Shown one piece after another: positions 1-8,341 of a stretch of DNA of 10,600 nucleotides. This DNA is from Candidatus Velthaea sp. (GTDB taxonomy: Bacteria > Vulcanimicrobiota > Vulcanimicrobiia > Vulcanimicrobiales > Vulcanimicrobiaceae). The position numbers were made by a program, and so were the translations under genes. The notes beneath the pieces were generated by a model. That model worked only from the letters and a program-made list of their open reading frames with translations, searched no databases and was not told the DNA's origin. Each line of letters begins with the position of its first letter. Position 1 is the first letter of the stretch. Location of the stretch: the NCBI GenBank assembly GCA_050012475.1, contig JBEKHC010000131.1:1-10600 (forward strand), given 5' to 3'.

Positions 1-98
1 GAGGCGCCATCAGATTGGGTCGTGAGGCGTGCCATCGGATCTGGTCGCGAGCCGCTATCGGATTTAGTCGCAAGGCGCGCCGCCGGATCAGGTCGTGA
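1..98. repeat. Imperfect tandem repeat of at least 4 units alternating 23 and 25 bp (48-bp higher-order period), probably continuing past the left edge
   Basis: Units are 1-23 GAGGCG-CCATCAGATTGGGTCGT, 24-48 GAGGCGTGCCATCGGATCTGGTCGC, 49-71 GAGCCG-CTATCGGATTTAGTCGC and 72-96 AAGGCGCGCCGCCGGATCAGGTCGT, followed by GA. Confidence 0.8.
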
Positions 99-244
99 CT
101 CGAAAACTTGCTTCGACCATCGCCCTCGCTGCTTGCGGTAGGACTCGCCGATGGCGCCGCTGCAGGAGTTCTCGCGAAATGCGTGCCACGATCATCGCAG
201 CATAGCCATTGGTGGGCCGTACCATGCTTGAACGACTCGTGAGG

Positions 245-1753
245 ATGCGCTTCATCAAGGCCTCCGTCGTCGTGGCGTTTCTGGCTTTGACTTCCGCCCG
301 GAGCCTTGCGCCGGTCGCGCGAGCGCAAACGGAACAGGCGCCGGTCGTCACCGTTCCCGCAGCCGGGACAACCGTGCGCGGCCGTCTTTCGTCGGCCGGT
401 CGACCACTGGCGCGAACGACCGTTGCCTTTTACGGTTCGGACCGAGCCCTCGCGCTGAGCGTCGAGAGCGATGCATCCGGAAATTACCAAACGGCATCGC
501 TGGCTCCCGGTACGTATACCGCCCGCGTGATCGTCGGCGGAAAACTGCTGCCGATCGTCAGCGGCACGTTTACGGTTTCGGCGCCGAGCCCAAACGCTAC
601 GCCCCTCGTTCTCCCGGAGTGGCACCCCGGTCCGGTACCGTTTCGCCAACCGCTGCCCCCGCCACCGTCCGCGGCGCCGCCTCCGCCACCCACCCCGATA
701 CCGGAAATCCCCACGACGCCGCCACCGCGAACGTCACCCACGCCAACCCCGACGCCGGCCGTGCGCACGTTCTACGTAACCGATCGCGCGGCGAGTGATT
801 CACCGAGCGGATCGCCTTTCGACGCTTCGCCGCAAAGCGAATGCGCGGACCTGCCCGGCTGCCCGTTGCGATACGGGGCGGTCGAGACGGCGTCCGACGC
901 CACGACGCCCCTGCTCGCAAACGAGTTCGTTACCCGGCTTGCCGCCGCGTATGGCCGCGGAGCCAAGCGCGATGTCGTCGTGTACATCCACGGCTGCTGC
1001 ACCGACTTTCCAACGGCGCTGTCGGAAGAATCACTCATCGCCGATGAGATCACGTCCGCGCCGGTGATCGTGTACAGCATCCCCGCAAAGAACAACTTGA
1101 CGATCGTCCCCGGTCTCGTGCTCCCGCTCAACTATTTTTACGACGAGAACGAATACACGTGGAGTTTCCCGCATCTCACGGCGCTGCTCGACGAACTCAT
1201 CGCGATCCGGCCCGGGCTGCGTATCAACATCATGGCGCACAGTCTGGGGAATCGCGTCTTTGTCTCGGCTGCTCAGCTCTTTGCTTACGAACATCGGAAC
1301 GATCGTATCACGCCGTTCGACAATGTCATCCTAATGGCGCCGGACGTCGATACGCAAACGTTTCTCGAAGCCGTTCCGTTGTTGAGTCACTTCGGCGCGC
1401 ACGTCACCGTGTATCGATCCGATAACGACGAGGCGATTTTTGGTTCGGAAAAAATTCACGAACATCCCCGGCTGGGCCGGGTCGACAAATCGCAGTACTT
1501 CTCGGGGATTGCGCCCACGGTCGACGCGATCGATGCGACGACGTTCAAATGCGAAGCGACCGGTCACTTTTATTGGAAACTAAGCTCGTTCGTGCGCAGC
1601 GACATCGCGGCGGCGCTCGCCGATGACCGGCCGGTCAGCCCCCAACGTTCGGGCGAACTCGTCTCGACCGGGCCGTCGTCTTGGCAGTTTGTGGTCAAAG
1701 GCGCAGCACCGGCCGGAGATTGTACGCCCATACCGCTCAGCCTGGACGGTTGA
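245..1753 (+). CDS. Secreted alpha/beta hydrolase (DUF900-like esterase/lipase) with an N-terminal carboxypeptidase-regulatory-like beta-sandwich and a Pro/Thr-rich linker
   Basis: Signal-peptide-like MRFIKASVVVAFLALTSARSLAPVARA-Q. The pattern VRGRLSSAGRPLARTTV...SDASGNY...LAPGTYT resembles CarboxypepD_reg-type domains. DUF900-like motifs: FYVTDR, VYIHG, nucleophile elbow AHSLGNR (Ser codon 1241-1243), LMAPDVD, VYRSDND, RLG and GHFYW. The start is uncertain (ATG 224 or ATG 245; the ORF track uses TTG 209). Confidence 0.8.
   Translation: MRFIKASVVVAFLALTSARSLAPVARAQTEQAPVVTVPAAGTTVRGRLSSAGRPLARTTVAFYGSDRALALSVESDASGNYQTASLAPGTYTARVIVGGKLLPIVSGTFTVSAPSPNATPLVLPEWHPGPVPFRQPLPPPPSAAPPPPPTPIPEIPTTPPPRTSPTPTPTPAVRTFYVTDRAASDSPSGSPFDASPQSECADLPGCPLRYGAVETASDATTPLLANEFVTRLAAAYGRGAKRDVVVYIHGCCTDFPTALSEESLIADEITSAPVIVYSIPAKNNLTIVPGLVLPLNYFYDENEYTWSFPHLTALLDELIAIRPGLRINIMAHSLGNRVFVSAAQLFAYEHRNDRITPFDNVILMAPDVDTQTFLEAVPLLSHFGAHVTVYRSDNDEAIFGSEKIHEHPRLGRVDKSQYFSGIAPTVDAIDATTFKCEATGHFYWKLSSFVRSDIAAALADDRPVSPQRSGELVSTGPSSWQFVVKGAAPAGDCTPIPLSLDG
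614..760 (+). other. Low-complexity Pro/Thr-rich interdomain linker within the hydrolase
   Basis: Translates as PEWHPGPVPFRQPLPPPPSAAPPPPPTPIPEIPTTPPPRTSPTPTPTPA. Confidence 0.9.
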
Positions 1754-1772
1754 CGGATTCGCAGGACCCCCG

Positions 1773-3719
1773 TTACCTGGGCAGCCGGCGTTTGTTGAAT
1801 TTCGGCGGGCCCTTGCGACGCACGGCCGGCCCAACTTTGCGGTCGCGTCCGGGCCGCGTGCCGTGCGCTAAGAGCGCATCGTGAATATCGTCATCGAGCT
1901 GCTCGCGCACGTTCATGACGGCTTCGCCGTCGACGTACACCGCGGGGAAACGCTGCGCCAGCCACAGGTAGAGCGTGGCCAACCGCGAGCGGTCCTCGAA
2001 ATGGAGAAGCCGGTCGCGCGCGCCCAGCCCGGCGGTGACGTCGGCGCCGTCGACGATGCCGGCCGTCGCGTGGCGTTCGCCCCAGCGTCCGAGCACGACG
2101 AGACTGTTGCCGCGCGTCGGTACCGGAGCCCGGCTATACGTGCAGCGCACCGCGAGCGGAAGCTCCAGAAAACGCTCCGACATTTCAAGCGCGGTCGCGA
2201 CTTCGATCGTATCGGTCAGGTTGGCAATCCGCAAGTCGGTATCTTCCGGACGCCGCAAACGCGTTTGAAAGAACTGCAGCAGCCGTCCGACCCGCGTGGT
2301 TCCGATGATCGCCGACAGCCGGCGCAAGTGTTCGTCGGTCGGCGAAATCCAGAGCGGCGGCACATCCGGTGCAGCCGCGAAGCGTTCGATGCTGGCGCGC
2401 AAGTAGCGCACCGCGCGCTGATCGAGCGCCGTCACCTGACCGGCTTCGTGAATGCCGTAGCGGCCCGCGCGTCCGGCTATCTGACGGATTTCTGCCGGCG
2501 TCAGCATCCGCGACGCGACGCCGTCGAACTTTTCGAGTTCGACGAAAATCAGCCGCCGAATCGGCAAGTTGAGTCCCAAGCCGATAGCGTCGGTTGCCAC
2601 CAGCACGTCGGCTGCACCGGTGCGAAAACGCTCCGCCTCGCGGCGCCGCACCGCCGGCGACAGCGATCCGTAGATGGCCGCGGTCGTGTGGCCGCTCTGG
2701 CGGATCTTCCCCTGTAATTCGACTACCGCGTTGCGCGAGAAGGCAACGACCGCATCGCCCGGCTGCAGTGCGGTCAGCGGGATCGCGTCGATGACCGTCA
2801 GCGGATTCTTGCGCTCGAAGCGCCGGACGCCAACCGTCGAGCCCAACCGTGCCGCCAGCCGTTCCGCCGCCGCCAAACCGTCTTCGGACCCGCACATGAT
2901 GACCCGTTTCGCACGCACGCCGGCGATGGCCAACGTCCAGGCCCAGCCCCGCTGTTCGTCCTGCAGCATCTGGGTTTCATCGATGACGGCGATCTCGACC
3001 TCACGCTTGAGATCGACCATCTCGACCGTGGAACTCACATGGCGCGCGAGCGGATTGATGATCCGCTCCTCGCCCGTCACCAGCGACGCCGCAACCCCCA
3101 GATCGCCGAGCCGTTCGTGCACCTCCAACGCCAGCAACCGCAATGGCGCAAGGTACACGCCGCTCTCGGCCGTGCGCAGCAGCTCGATCGCGGCGTGCGT
3201 TTTGCCCGAATTCGTCGGACCCGCAAAATACTCGAACGTCCGCGCTTCGCGCGTCAGGCTTTCGAGATAGAAGCGCAGTCCGAGATCGGCTTCGACGCGT
3301 TCGTCGACGCGTTTGTTCTCGAGTTCCTGATAGTGCCCGACGAGGCCGCGTCGGGCGTCCTCGAGCGCACTGAAAAACGACGCCTTCTCGTACAGGTGAC
3401 GGCATTCGACGTCGTCGGGCGCACTGAGAATCTTGCTTGCGGCCCGTTCGATCGAATGGGCGAACGTTCCGGCGACCGGATCGACGATCGGCGCCAGAGC
3501 GCGCTCGCCGTCGGCGACGCTGATCTCGTTCGGCATCGGAACCGGCACCCGGCCGCGCACGACGACCGTGCGCCGGCCGAAGCGGAATTGCCGTTCGACC
3601 CGGATCTCGGCCAGCTCGCGGCCGATGAGCTTCCAACCGAGCGCCTTGGCCGCTTTTTTCTCCCGCGCTCGCTCGCGCTTTTGCAGCGCGAGCGCCCCCG
3701 GATCCGTCGCTTCCGCTAT
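1773..3719 (-). CDS. Suv3-like superfamily 2 ATP-dependent RNA/DNA helicase
   Basis: Walker A GPTNSGKT, Ia [12 protein letters not shown], Ib [50 protein letters not shown] and [12 protein letters not shown]. Also has a Suv3-type C-terminal [10 protein letters not shown] and a basic tail. Stop TAA at 1773-1775. The start is uncertain: I propose ATA 3719, with GTG 3560 and ATG 3536 as canonical alternatives. Confidence 0.88.
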   Translation of the reverse strand: MAEATDPGALALQKRERAREKKAAKALGWKLIGRELAEIRVERQFRFGRRTVVVRGRVPVPMPNEISVADGERALAPIVDPVAGTFAHSIERAASKILSAPDDVECRHLYEKASFFSALEDARRGLVGHYQELENKRVDERVEADLGLRFYLESLTREARTFEYFAGPTNSGKTHAAIELLRTAESGVYLAPLRLLALEVHERLGDLGVAASLVTGEERIINPLARHVSSTVEMVDLKREVEIAVIDETQMLQDEQRGWAWTLAIAGVRAKRVIMCGSEDGLAAAERLAARLGSTVGVRRFERKNPLTVIDAIPLTALQPGDAVVAFSRNAVVELQGKIRQSGHTTAAIYGSLSPAVRRREAERFRTGAADVLVATDAIGLGLNLPIRRLIFVELEKFDGVASRMLTPAEIRQIAGRAGRYGIHEAGQVTALDQRAVRYLRASIERFAAAPDVPPLWISPTDEHLRRLSAIIGTTRVGRLLQFFQTRLRRPEDTDLRIANLTDTIEVATALEMSERFLELPLAVRCTYSRAPVPTRGNSLVVLGRWGERHATAGIVDGADVTAGLGARDRLLHFEDRSRLATLYLWLAQRFPAVYVDGEAVMNVREQLDDDIHDALLAHGTRPGRDRKVGPAVRRKGPPKFNKRRLPR

Positions 3720-4243
3720 GCCGATCCCGGCCGCGCTCCTACGCGGACCGGAAGCTTCCAACCCGGCCGCACGAAATGGCAGGTGTATCCGTTGGGATAG
3801 CGCTCCAAATAATCCTGATGTTCCGGCTCCGCCGCCCAGAAATCGCCGGCCGGCGCAACTTCCGTCACCGCCTTGCCGGGCCAAAGCCCAGATGCATCGA
3901 CGTCGGCGATCGTTTCGAGCGCGACCCGCTTCTGTTCGTCGCTGGTGTAGAAGATCGCCGAACGATAACTGAGGCCGCGGTCATTGCCCTGCCGGTTGCG
4001 CGTGCTCGGGTCGTGGATTTGAAAGAAAAACTCCAACAACGTCCGATAGCTGATTTGCTTGGGATCGAAGATGATCTCGATCGCTTCGGCATGCGTCCCG
4101 TGATTGCGATACGTGGCGTTCGGGACGTCGCCGCCCGAATATCCGACGCGAGTCGAAAGCACGCCGGGATACCGGCGCAGCAAATCCTGCATGCCCCAAA
4201 AGCAGCCGCCGGCAAGGATCGCGCGTTCGGTCGATTCAGTCAT
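3716..4243 (-). CDS. msrA: Peptide-methionine (S)-S-oxide reductase MsrA
   Basis: Catalytic GGCFWG, plus [37 protein letters not shown] and a C-terminal GYTCH resolving-Cys motif. ATG at 4243 follows AAGGAG at 7-nt spacing. 175 aa. Confidence 0.97.
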   Translation of the reverse strand: MTESTERAILAGGCFWGMQDLLRRYPGVLSTRVGYSGGDVPNATYRNHGTHAEAIEIIFDPKQISYRTLLEFFFQIHDPSTRNRQGNDRGLSYRSAIFYTSDEQKRVALETIADVDASGLWPGKAVTEVAPAGDFWAAEPEHQDYLERYPNGYTCHFVRPGWKLPVRVGARPGSA

Positions 4244-4250
4244 CTCATCA

Positions 4251-4256
4251 CTCCTT
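4251..4256 (-). promoter_or_regulatory. Shine-Dalgarno sequence of msrA (AAGGAG)
   Basis: Minus strand reads AAGGAG-TGATGAG-ATG. Confidence 0.8.
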
Positions 4257-4301
4257 CTCTGTGCCTGTAACCGCACGAGAGCGGCGTCGTATGCGCCGGG
4301 C

Positions 4302-7300
4302 TTACATCCCCGGCGGCGGCAGCACCGGATGGTGATTGGGATAGGGCGGACGCCGGTATACCGGAACCGGATGCTCGCGCAAGAGCCGCATGGCCTCGGC
4401 GATCGCTGCATCGAGCTGAGGATCGTTTCCTGCGCGCACGGCGCGCGGATCTTGCTCCACCTCGATGTCCGGCGCGACGCCGACGCCCTCGACTTCCCAC
4501 TGACCGTGCAGGCCGCCGATCGCCGTGCGCGGCGCGGTCACGGTTCCGCCGTCGATCAGATTGGGATAGTCGCCGATGCCGACCAGACCGCCCCACGTCC
4601 GGACGCCGACAAGCGGACCCAAATGCAACTTGCGAAAAAGCCACGGCAGCGCATCCCCGCCCGATCCTGCGAACTGGTTGATGATCATCACTTTCGGACC
4701 GTAAATTCCCAGCGGCGGATCGACGAAGCCGCGGCCGTCGCGCGGTGCGACGATCGCCAGCGGCGTGCGCTTGAGATAGTCGACGATGTAGTCGGCCACC
4801 TGGCCGCCCTCGTTGAAGCGCTCGTCGAGAATGACGCCTTGCTTTCCGATCTGGGCGAAGTAATAGCGATTGAAATTGGTGAAACCACGATACTCGGTGT
4901 CCGGCAGATAGACATAGGCCAGTTTGCCGCCGCTGCGGCGGTCGACTTCCCGCCGGTTGCGCTCGATCCAATCCAAATTGCGCAGCCGAAACTCATCGGC
5001 CACCGGGATGACGGTCACGTCGCGCGCATGCGACCCGTCGGGCTGGGGCCCGACGCTGATCGTGGTTTGCTTTCCGGCCGTGTTCTCGAACAGCCGGTAG
5101 ACGTCGTCGTCGCCGCGCAACGGCTGACCATTGACGGCCAGCAAATAGTCGCCGACCCGCACGGTCGAGCCGGGTTGCGTCAGCGGCGCCTGAATGTCGG
5201 GATTCCAATTTTCGCCGTTGTAGATCTTCGCAAAACGATAGCGGCCGTTCTCGACCCGGTAGTCTGCCCCCAGCAGACCGACTTTGACGGTCGGCAGCGG
5301 AACCGCCGATTGGGTGCCGCCATACACGAACATATGCCCGACGGACAAGTAGCTCAGCATTTCGCGGAACAGGAACGTCAGATCGGCGCGCGCTGCGATC
5401 CCCGAAAGATACGGCTCGAACCGGCGTTCGGCGGCCGCGATGTCGAGTCCGTGATAGCGCGGATCGTAAAAGAAATCGCGTTCGATGCGCCAGGTCTCGC
5501 GATACATCTGACGCCACTGCGCCGGCGGATTCACCAACACACGCAGGTCCGTCAGGTCCAGCACCTTGGCGCTTCCATCGAGCGGCTTGTCGGTGCCGGC
5601 GATCGTCCATTTGTCGCCTTGACCGAACAGCGCTTTCTCGCCGTTGGCCGCCAAAGCGAAGGCCGACAAACCCGTAGCGTAGGTTTTGACCGTGCGCGAT
5701 GCGAGATCGAATTTCAACAATGTTTGCGGCGGCAGCCCTTCGCTCACGGTCGTTAGCGGCGCCGCCAGCAGGTACAGTTCGCCGGTTTTTCCCGCGAACA
5801 ACCCCTGAAAGTTCGCGTTGGGGATCGGAAGCGCGACGATGCGCTGCGACAACCCGTCGAAGTCGATACTCACCCGCGCGGCGTCTGTCCGTTGGGCATC
5901 TTTCGCTGACGGCTTCGGGGATTTTTCCGCGACAGCCGGCTTGACGTCCTCGTCGCCGGTTTCCGGCGCAACCGGCGACGGCGTATCGCGCCCCAGCACG
6001 ACGGCGTACACGTTGCTGCTGACCGGATGCTGATCGCTCGTCATGTCCAGGCCGCTCGCCGTCAGCCCGGTGTTCGTGCTGGCGGCAAAATACAGGTATT
6101 TGCCGGCAGCATCGAACGCGGGGTAGCGCGCATCGCTCATGCCGTCGGTGATTTGCCGGCTGCGCCGGTCGGCAAGCGAATAGACGGAGATGCCGTGCAG
6201 AAAGCTCGGCAGTTCATTGCAATACGCCAACCACCGGCTGTCCGGTGACCACGCCGGCGCGAAATCGCTCGGGCCGAAACCGCCGTACACGGCTCGCGCT
6301 ACTTCCACCGGCGCCGGGTGGTCGAGATCGACGAACCAGAGATTGAGCCGTTTGTCCTCGTAGGCAATCTTTTTCGAGTCCGGTGACCAGACCGGCGAGT
6401 AAAAGAAGCTCGGCGGCGTGCCCAGATCGATGACGCGCGGCTTTTCCAGACCGCGCTGATCCTGCACGAGCAGTTGGTACTCGCCCGAGCGGTCGGAGAA
6501 ATACGCGATCCACCTGCCGTCGGGCGACCAGGCGGGATCGCGATTGGCGGTATCCGGGACGGCGCTGACCGTGCGAATATCGCCGTGTTCAGCGGGAACC
6601 GTGAGGATCGTTCCATGCACCTCGAAGACCGCGCGCTGCCCGGACGGCGAAATTGCCGCGTTCTCGATCGCCGCGCGCGTGCCGCCGGTGGTTCGGTCGT
6701 CGTCGCCCGGCGCGACATATTCCCAGTGCGGCCGGACTTGCGGCAGGTCGCCGCCGGCGCGCACGTCGACGATGCGATCCACGTGCGTTACCGGATCGAA
6801 AACGTGAAGCGCGTCGAATTTCGCGTACACGATCGCACCGTCACCGGCTGACGCCGACGTGATGTCGAACCCGCTGCTCGGCAGCAGGCGCGTGACGCGC
6901 CGGGTTTGCGTATCGTACGCGAAGAGGGTGGCCGGGCCAGCGCGGTCCGAGACGAAATACACGGTTTTGCCGATCCACATCGGCAGGCTGTCGTTGGAGT
7001 TCGACCACGGAACGGTGACGATGCTCGAATCCGCCAGGTTCGCGATGCGCACCGGCGTCGTCTGTCCACCGCGATATCCTTGCCAGAACGGCTCGAAGCG
7101 GAACGTCGGCACGTACGCTACATGCGTCCCGTCGGGTGAATACGAGCCGGTTTCCGCCATGTCGAGCGGCAGTTCGGACGGGAATCCGCCCTCGACCGCA
7201 ACGGTAAAAAGCTTGTTTGGGAGGTTCGCGCTGGCACGGTTGCTCCGAAAGAGCACGCGTTTGCCGTCCGGACTCCAGCCGACGGCGATATCCGTTCCCG

Positions 7301-7634
7301 GGTGATACGTCAGGCGACGCGGTTCGCCGCCCGTTGCGGGCACGACGTACACGTCGACGTTGCCGTCGTATTCGCCGCTGAACGCAACGAGCGATCCGTC
7401 GGGCGAGAACAGCGGGCCCGTATCGAGGGCATAGCCGGTCACGAGCCGGTGCGCCGCACCGCCCTCACGCGCGACGACCCAAATGTCGCCCCCGTACTCG
7501 AAGGCGATTTGGGTTCGACTGATCGTCGGATCACGCAACAGCAGCGGAACCCGCGCACCCGCGGCTCGCGCCGGCGCAGCGAACCACAGTGCGACGAGCG
7601 CGACGAACACCCTGAACACGCTGCCCAACGTCAA
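4302..7634 (-). CDS. Tricorn-type S41 serine protease (beta-propellers, PDZ and S41 catalytic domain) with a probable signal peptide
   Basis: N-terminal LLRDPTIS...[10 protein letters not shown] and repeated (W/F)SPDG propeller blades. [19 protein letters not shown], a His in LSVGH, a PDZ-like VGLLGADY...[24 protein letters not shown], catalytic Ser region [32 protein letters not shown] and DPQL. TTG at 7634 follows GGAGG at 7 nt, then a hydrophobic leader [19 protein letters not shown]. About 1110 aa. Confidence 0.93.
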   Translation of the reverse strand: MTLGSVFRVFVALVALWFAAPARAAGARVPLLLRDPTISRTQIAFEYGGDIWVVAREGGAAHRLVTGYALDTGPLFSPDGSLVAFSGEYDGNVDVYVVPATGGEPRRLTYHPGTDIAVGWSPDGKRVLFRSNRASANLPNKLFTVAVEGGFPSELPLDMAETGSYSPDGTHVAYVPTFRFEPFWQGYRGGQTTPVRIANLADSSIVTVPWSNSNDSLPMWIGKTVYFVSDRAGPATLFAYDTQTRRVTRLLPSSGFDITSASAGDGAIVYAKFDALHVFDPVTHVDRIVDVRAGGDLPQVRPHWEYVAPGDDDRTTGGTRAAIENAAISPSGQRAVFEVHGTILTVPAEHGDIRTVSAVPDTANRDPAWSPDGRWIAYFSDRSGEYQLLVQDQRGLEKPRVIDLGTPPSFFYSPVWSPDSKKIAYEDKRLNLWFVDLDHPAPVEVARAVYGGFGPSDFAPAWSPDSRWLAYCNELPSFLHGISVYSLADRRSRQITDGMSDARYPAFDAAGKYLYFAASTNTGLTASGLDMTSDQHPVSSNVYAVVLGRDTPSPVAPETGDEDVKPAVAEKSPKPSAKDAQRTDAARVSIDFDGLSQRIVALPIPNANFQGLFAGKTGELYLLAAPLTTVSEGLPPQTLLKFDLASRTVKTYATGLSAFALAANGEKALFGQGDKWTIAGTDKPLDGSAKVLDLTDLRVLVNPPAQWRQMYRETWRIERDFFYDPRYHGLDIAAAERRFEPYLSGIAARADLTFLFREMLSYLSVGHMFVYGGTQSAVPLPTVKVGLLGADYRVENGRYRFAKIYNGENWNPDIQAPLTQPGSTVRVGDYLLAVNGQPLRGDDDVYRLFENTAGKQTTISVGPQPDGSHARDVTVIPVADEFRLRNLDWIERNRREVDRRSGGKLAYVYLPDTEYRGFTNFNRYYFAQIGKQGVILDERFNEGGQVADYIVDYLKRTPLAIVAPRDGRGFVDPPLGIYGPKVMIINQFAGSGGDALPWLFRKLHLGPLVGVRTWGGLVGIGDYPNLIDGGTVTAPRTAIGGLHGQWEVEGVGVAPDIEVEQDPRAVRAGNDPQLDAAIAEAMRLLREHPVPVYRRPPYPNHHPVLPPPGM

Positions 7635-7641
7635 TGCGCTC

Positions 7642-7646
7642 CCTCC
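7642..7646 (-). promoter_or_regulatory. Shine-Dalgarno sequence of the tricorn-like protease (GGAGG)
   Basis: Minus strand reads CCGGAGG-GAGCGCA-TTG. Confidence 0.7.
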
Positions 7647-7741
7647 GGTTGCGGCTCGTTTCGTCGCTGCACGAGTCGATTCGTCCCGAACGATGGCAGA
7701 ACACCGAGATGCGGTTCGTTTGCCGGAAAAGGCGAGCGGCT

Positions 7742-8341
7742 TCAGCGGTAGCGCGCGAGGAATTCGTCGACGTGCAGCGCGCGGAAATCCGGCAGCGCCG
7801 CAGCGAGCCGGGCATGAGGCCAGTTCCACCAAGCAAGGTCGAGAAGCTGATCGATCTGGCGCTGCGTGAAGCGAAAGCGCAGCATCCGGGCCGGCACGCC
7901 TGCGGCGATGGCAAACGGCGGAACGTCGCGTGAAACCACCGCGCCCGCGCCGACGACGGCACCTGTGCCGATTTGCACGCCGGGCAGCACGACGGCGCCA
8001 TGGCCGATCCACACGTCGTGCCCAAGCGTCACCGGATGATCGCGACGCCACGCAAAAAAATCATCGTCATCGGAACCCATGTCGTACGCTGCGCTGCGAT
8101 AGCTGAAGTGATGCAGCGCGACGCGCTCGAGCGGATGGTTACCGGGATTCAGCCGGCTTTGCGCGGCGATCGAGCAAAACTTTCCGATCTCGCTGGACAT
8201 GATGCTGCAATCGCTGACGACGTAGGAGTAATCGCCCAGCATGGATTCGACGACCGTCGAGCGCGCCCCAACCGCCGTCCAGAGCCCCAGCGTCGTATCG
8301 CGAATCGTTGCGGTCGGGTCGATCTGCGGTTCGGAACTCAC
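7742..8341 (-). CDS. Phosphonate-operon-associated hexapeptide-repeat (left-handed beta-helix) acyltransferase, CatB/Vat-like
   Basis: LGDYSYV, IGKFCSIA, RLNPGNHP..R...HHFSYR, FFAWRR, VTLGHDVWIGHGAVVLPGVQIGTGAVVGAGAVVSRDV, AGVPAR..RFRF and LAWWNW match the TIGR03308-type family. The GTG start at 8341 overlaps the phnM TGA (GTGA). 199 aa. Confidence 0.9.
   Translation of the reverse strand: MSSEPQIDPTATIRDTTLGLWTAVGARSTVVESMLGDYSYVVSDCSIMSSEIGKFCSIAAQSRLNPGNHPLERVALHHFSYRSAAYDMGSDDDDFFAWRRDHPVTLGHDVWIGHGAVVLPGVQIGTGAVVGAGAVVSRDVPPFAIAAGVPARMLRFRFTQRQIDQLLDLAWWNWPHARLAAALPDFRALHVDEFLARYR

Noticed and set aside
1..98. CRISPR array interpretation of the left-edge repeat
   Set aside because: The units abut with no unique spacers, they are diverged from each other, and no cas genes are visible.
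88..351. 87-aa minus-strand ORF
   Set aside because: It overlaps the hydrolase signal-peptide region on the opposite strand and has no motif or clear SD.
1754..1772. Bidirectional terminator between the convergent hydrolase and helicase
   Set aside because: The gap is only 19 bp, with no convincing stem-loop or U-tract on either strand.
1773..3719. Anti-phage defence system built around the helicase
   Set aside because: No adjacent nuclease, methylase, toxin or mobile-element context. The neighbours are housekeeping or metabolic genes.
3720..3884. Helicase N-terminal extension to TTG 3884 in the ORF track
   Set aside because: It would overlap the conserved 3' part of msrA by about 170 nt and reads as an off-frame translation.
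4104..5756. 550-aa plus-strand ORF
   Set aside because: Antisense shadow of the tricorn protease and msrA in high-GC DNA, with no recognisable motifs.
7635..8051. Extended tricorn N-terminus (1249 aa) in the ORF track
   Set aside because: It overlaps the acyltransferase. The SD, the TTG at 7634 and a signal peptide give a better start.
7742..8341. Antibiotic resistance gene (catB/vat) call
   Set aside because: The fold is shared, but the NPGNHP/HHFSYR/FFAWRR motifs and coupling to phnM point to the phosphonate-associated family.
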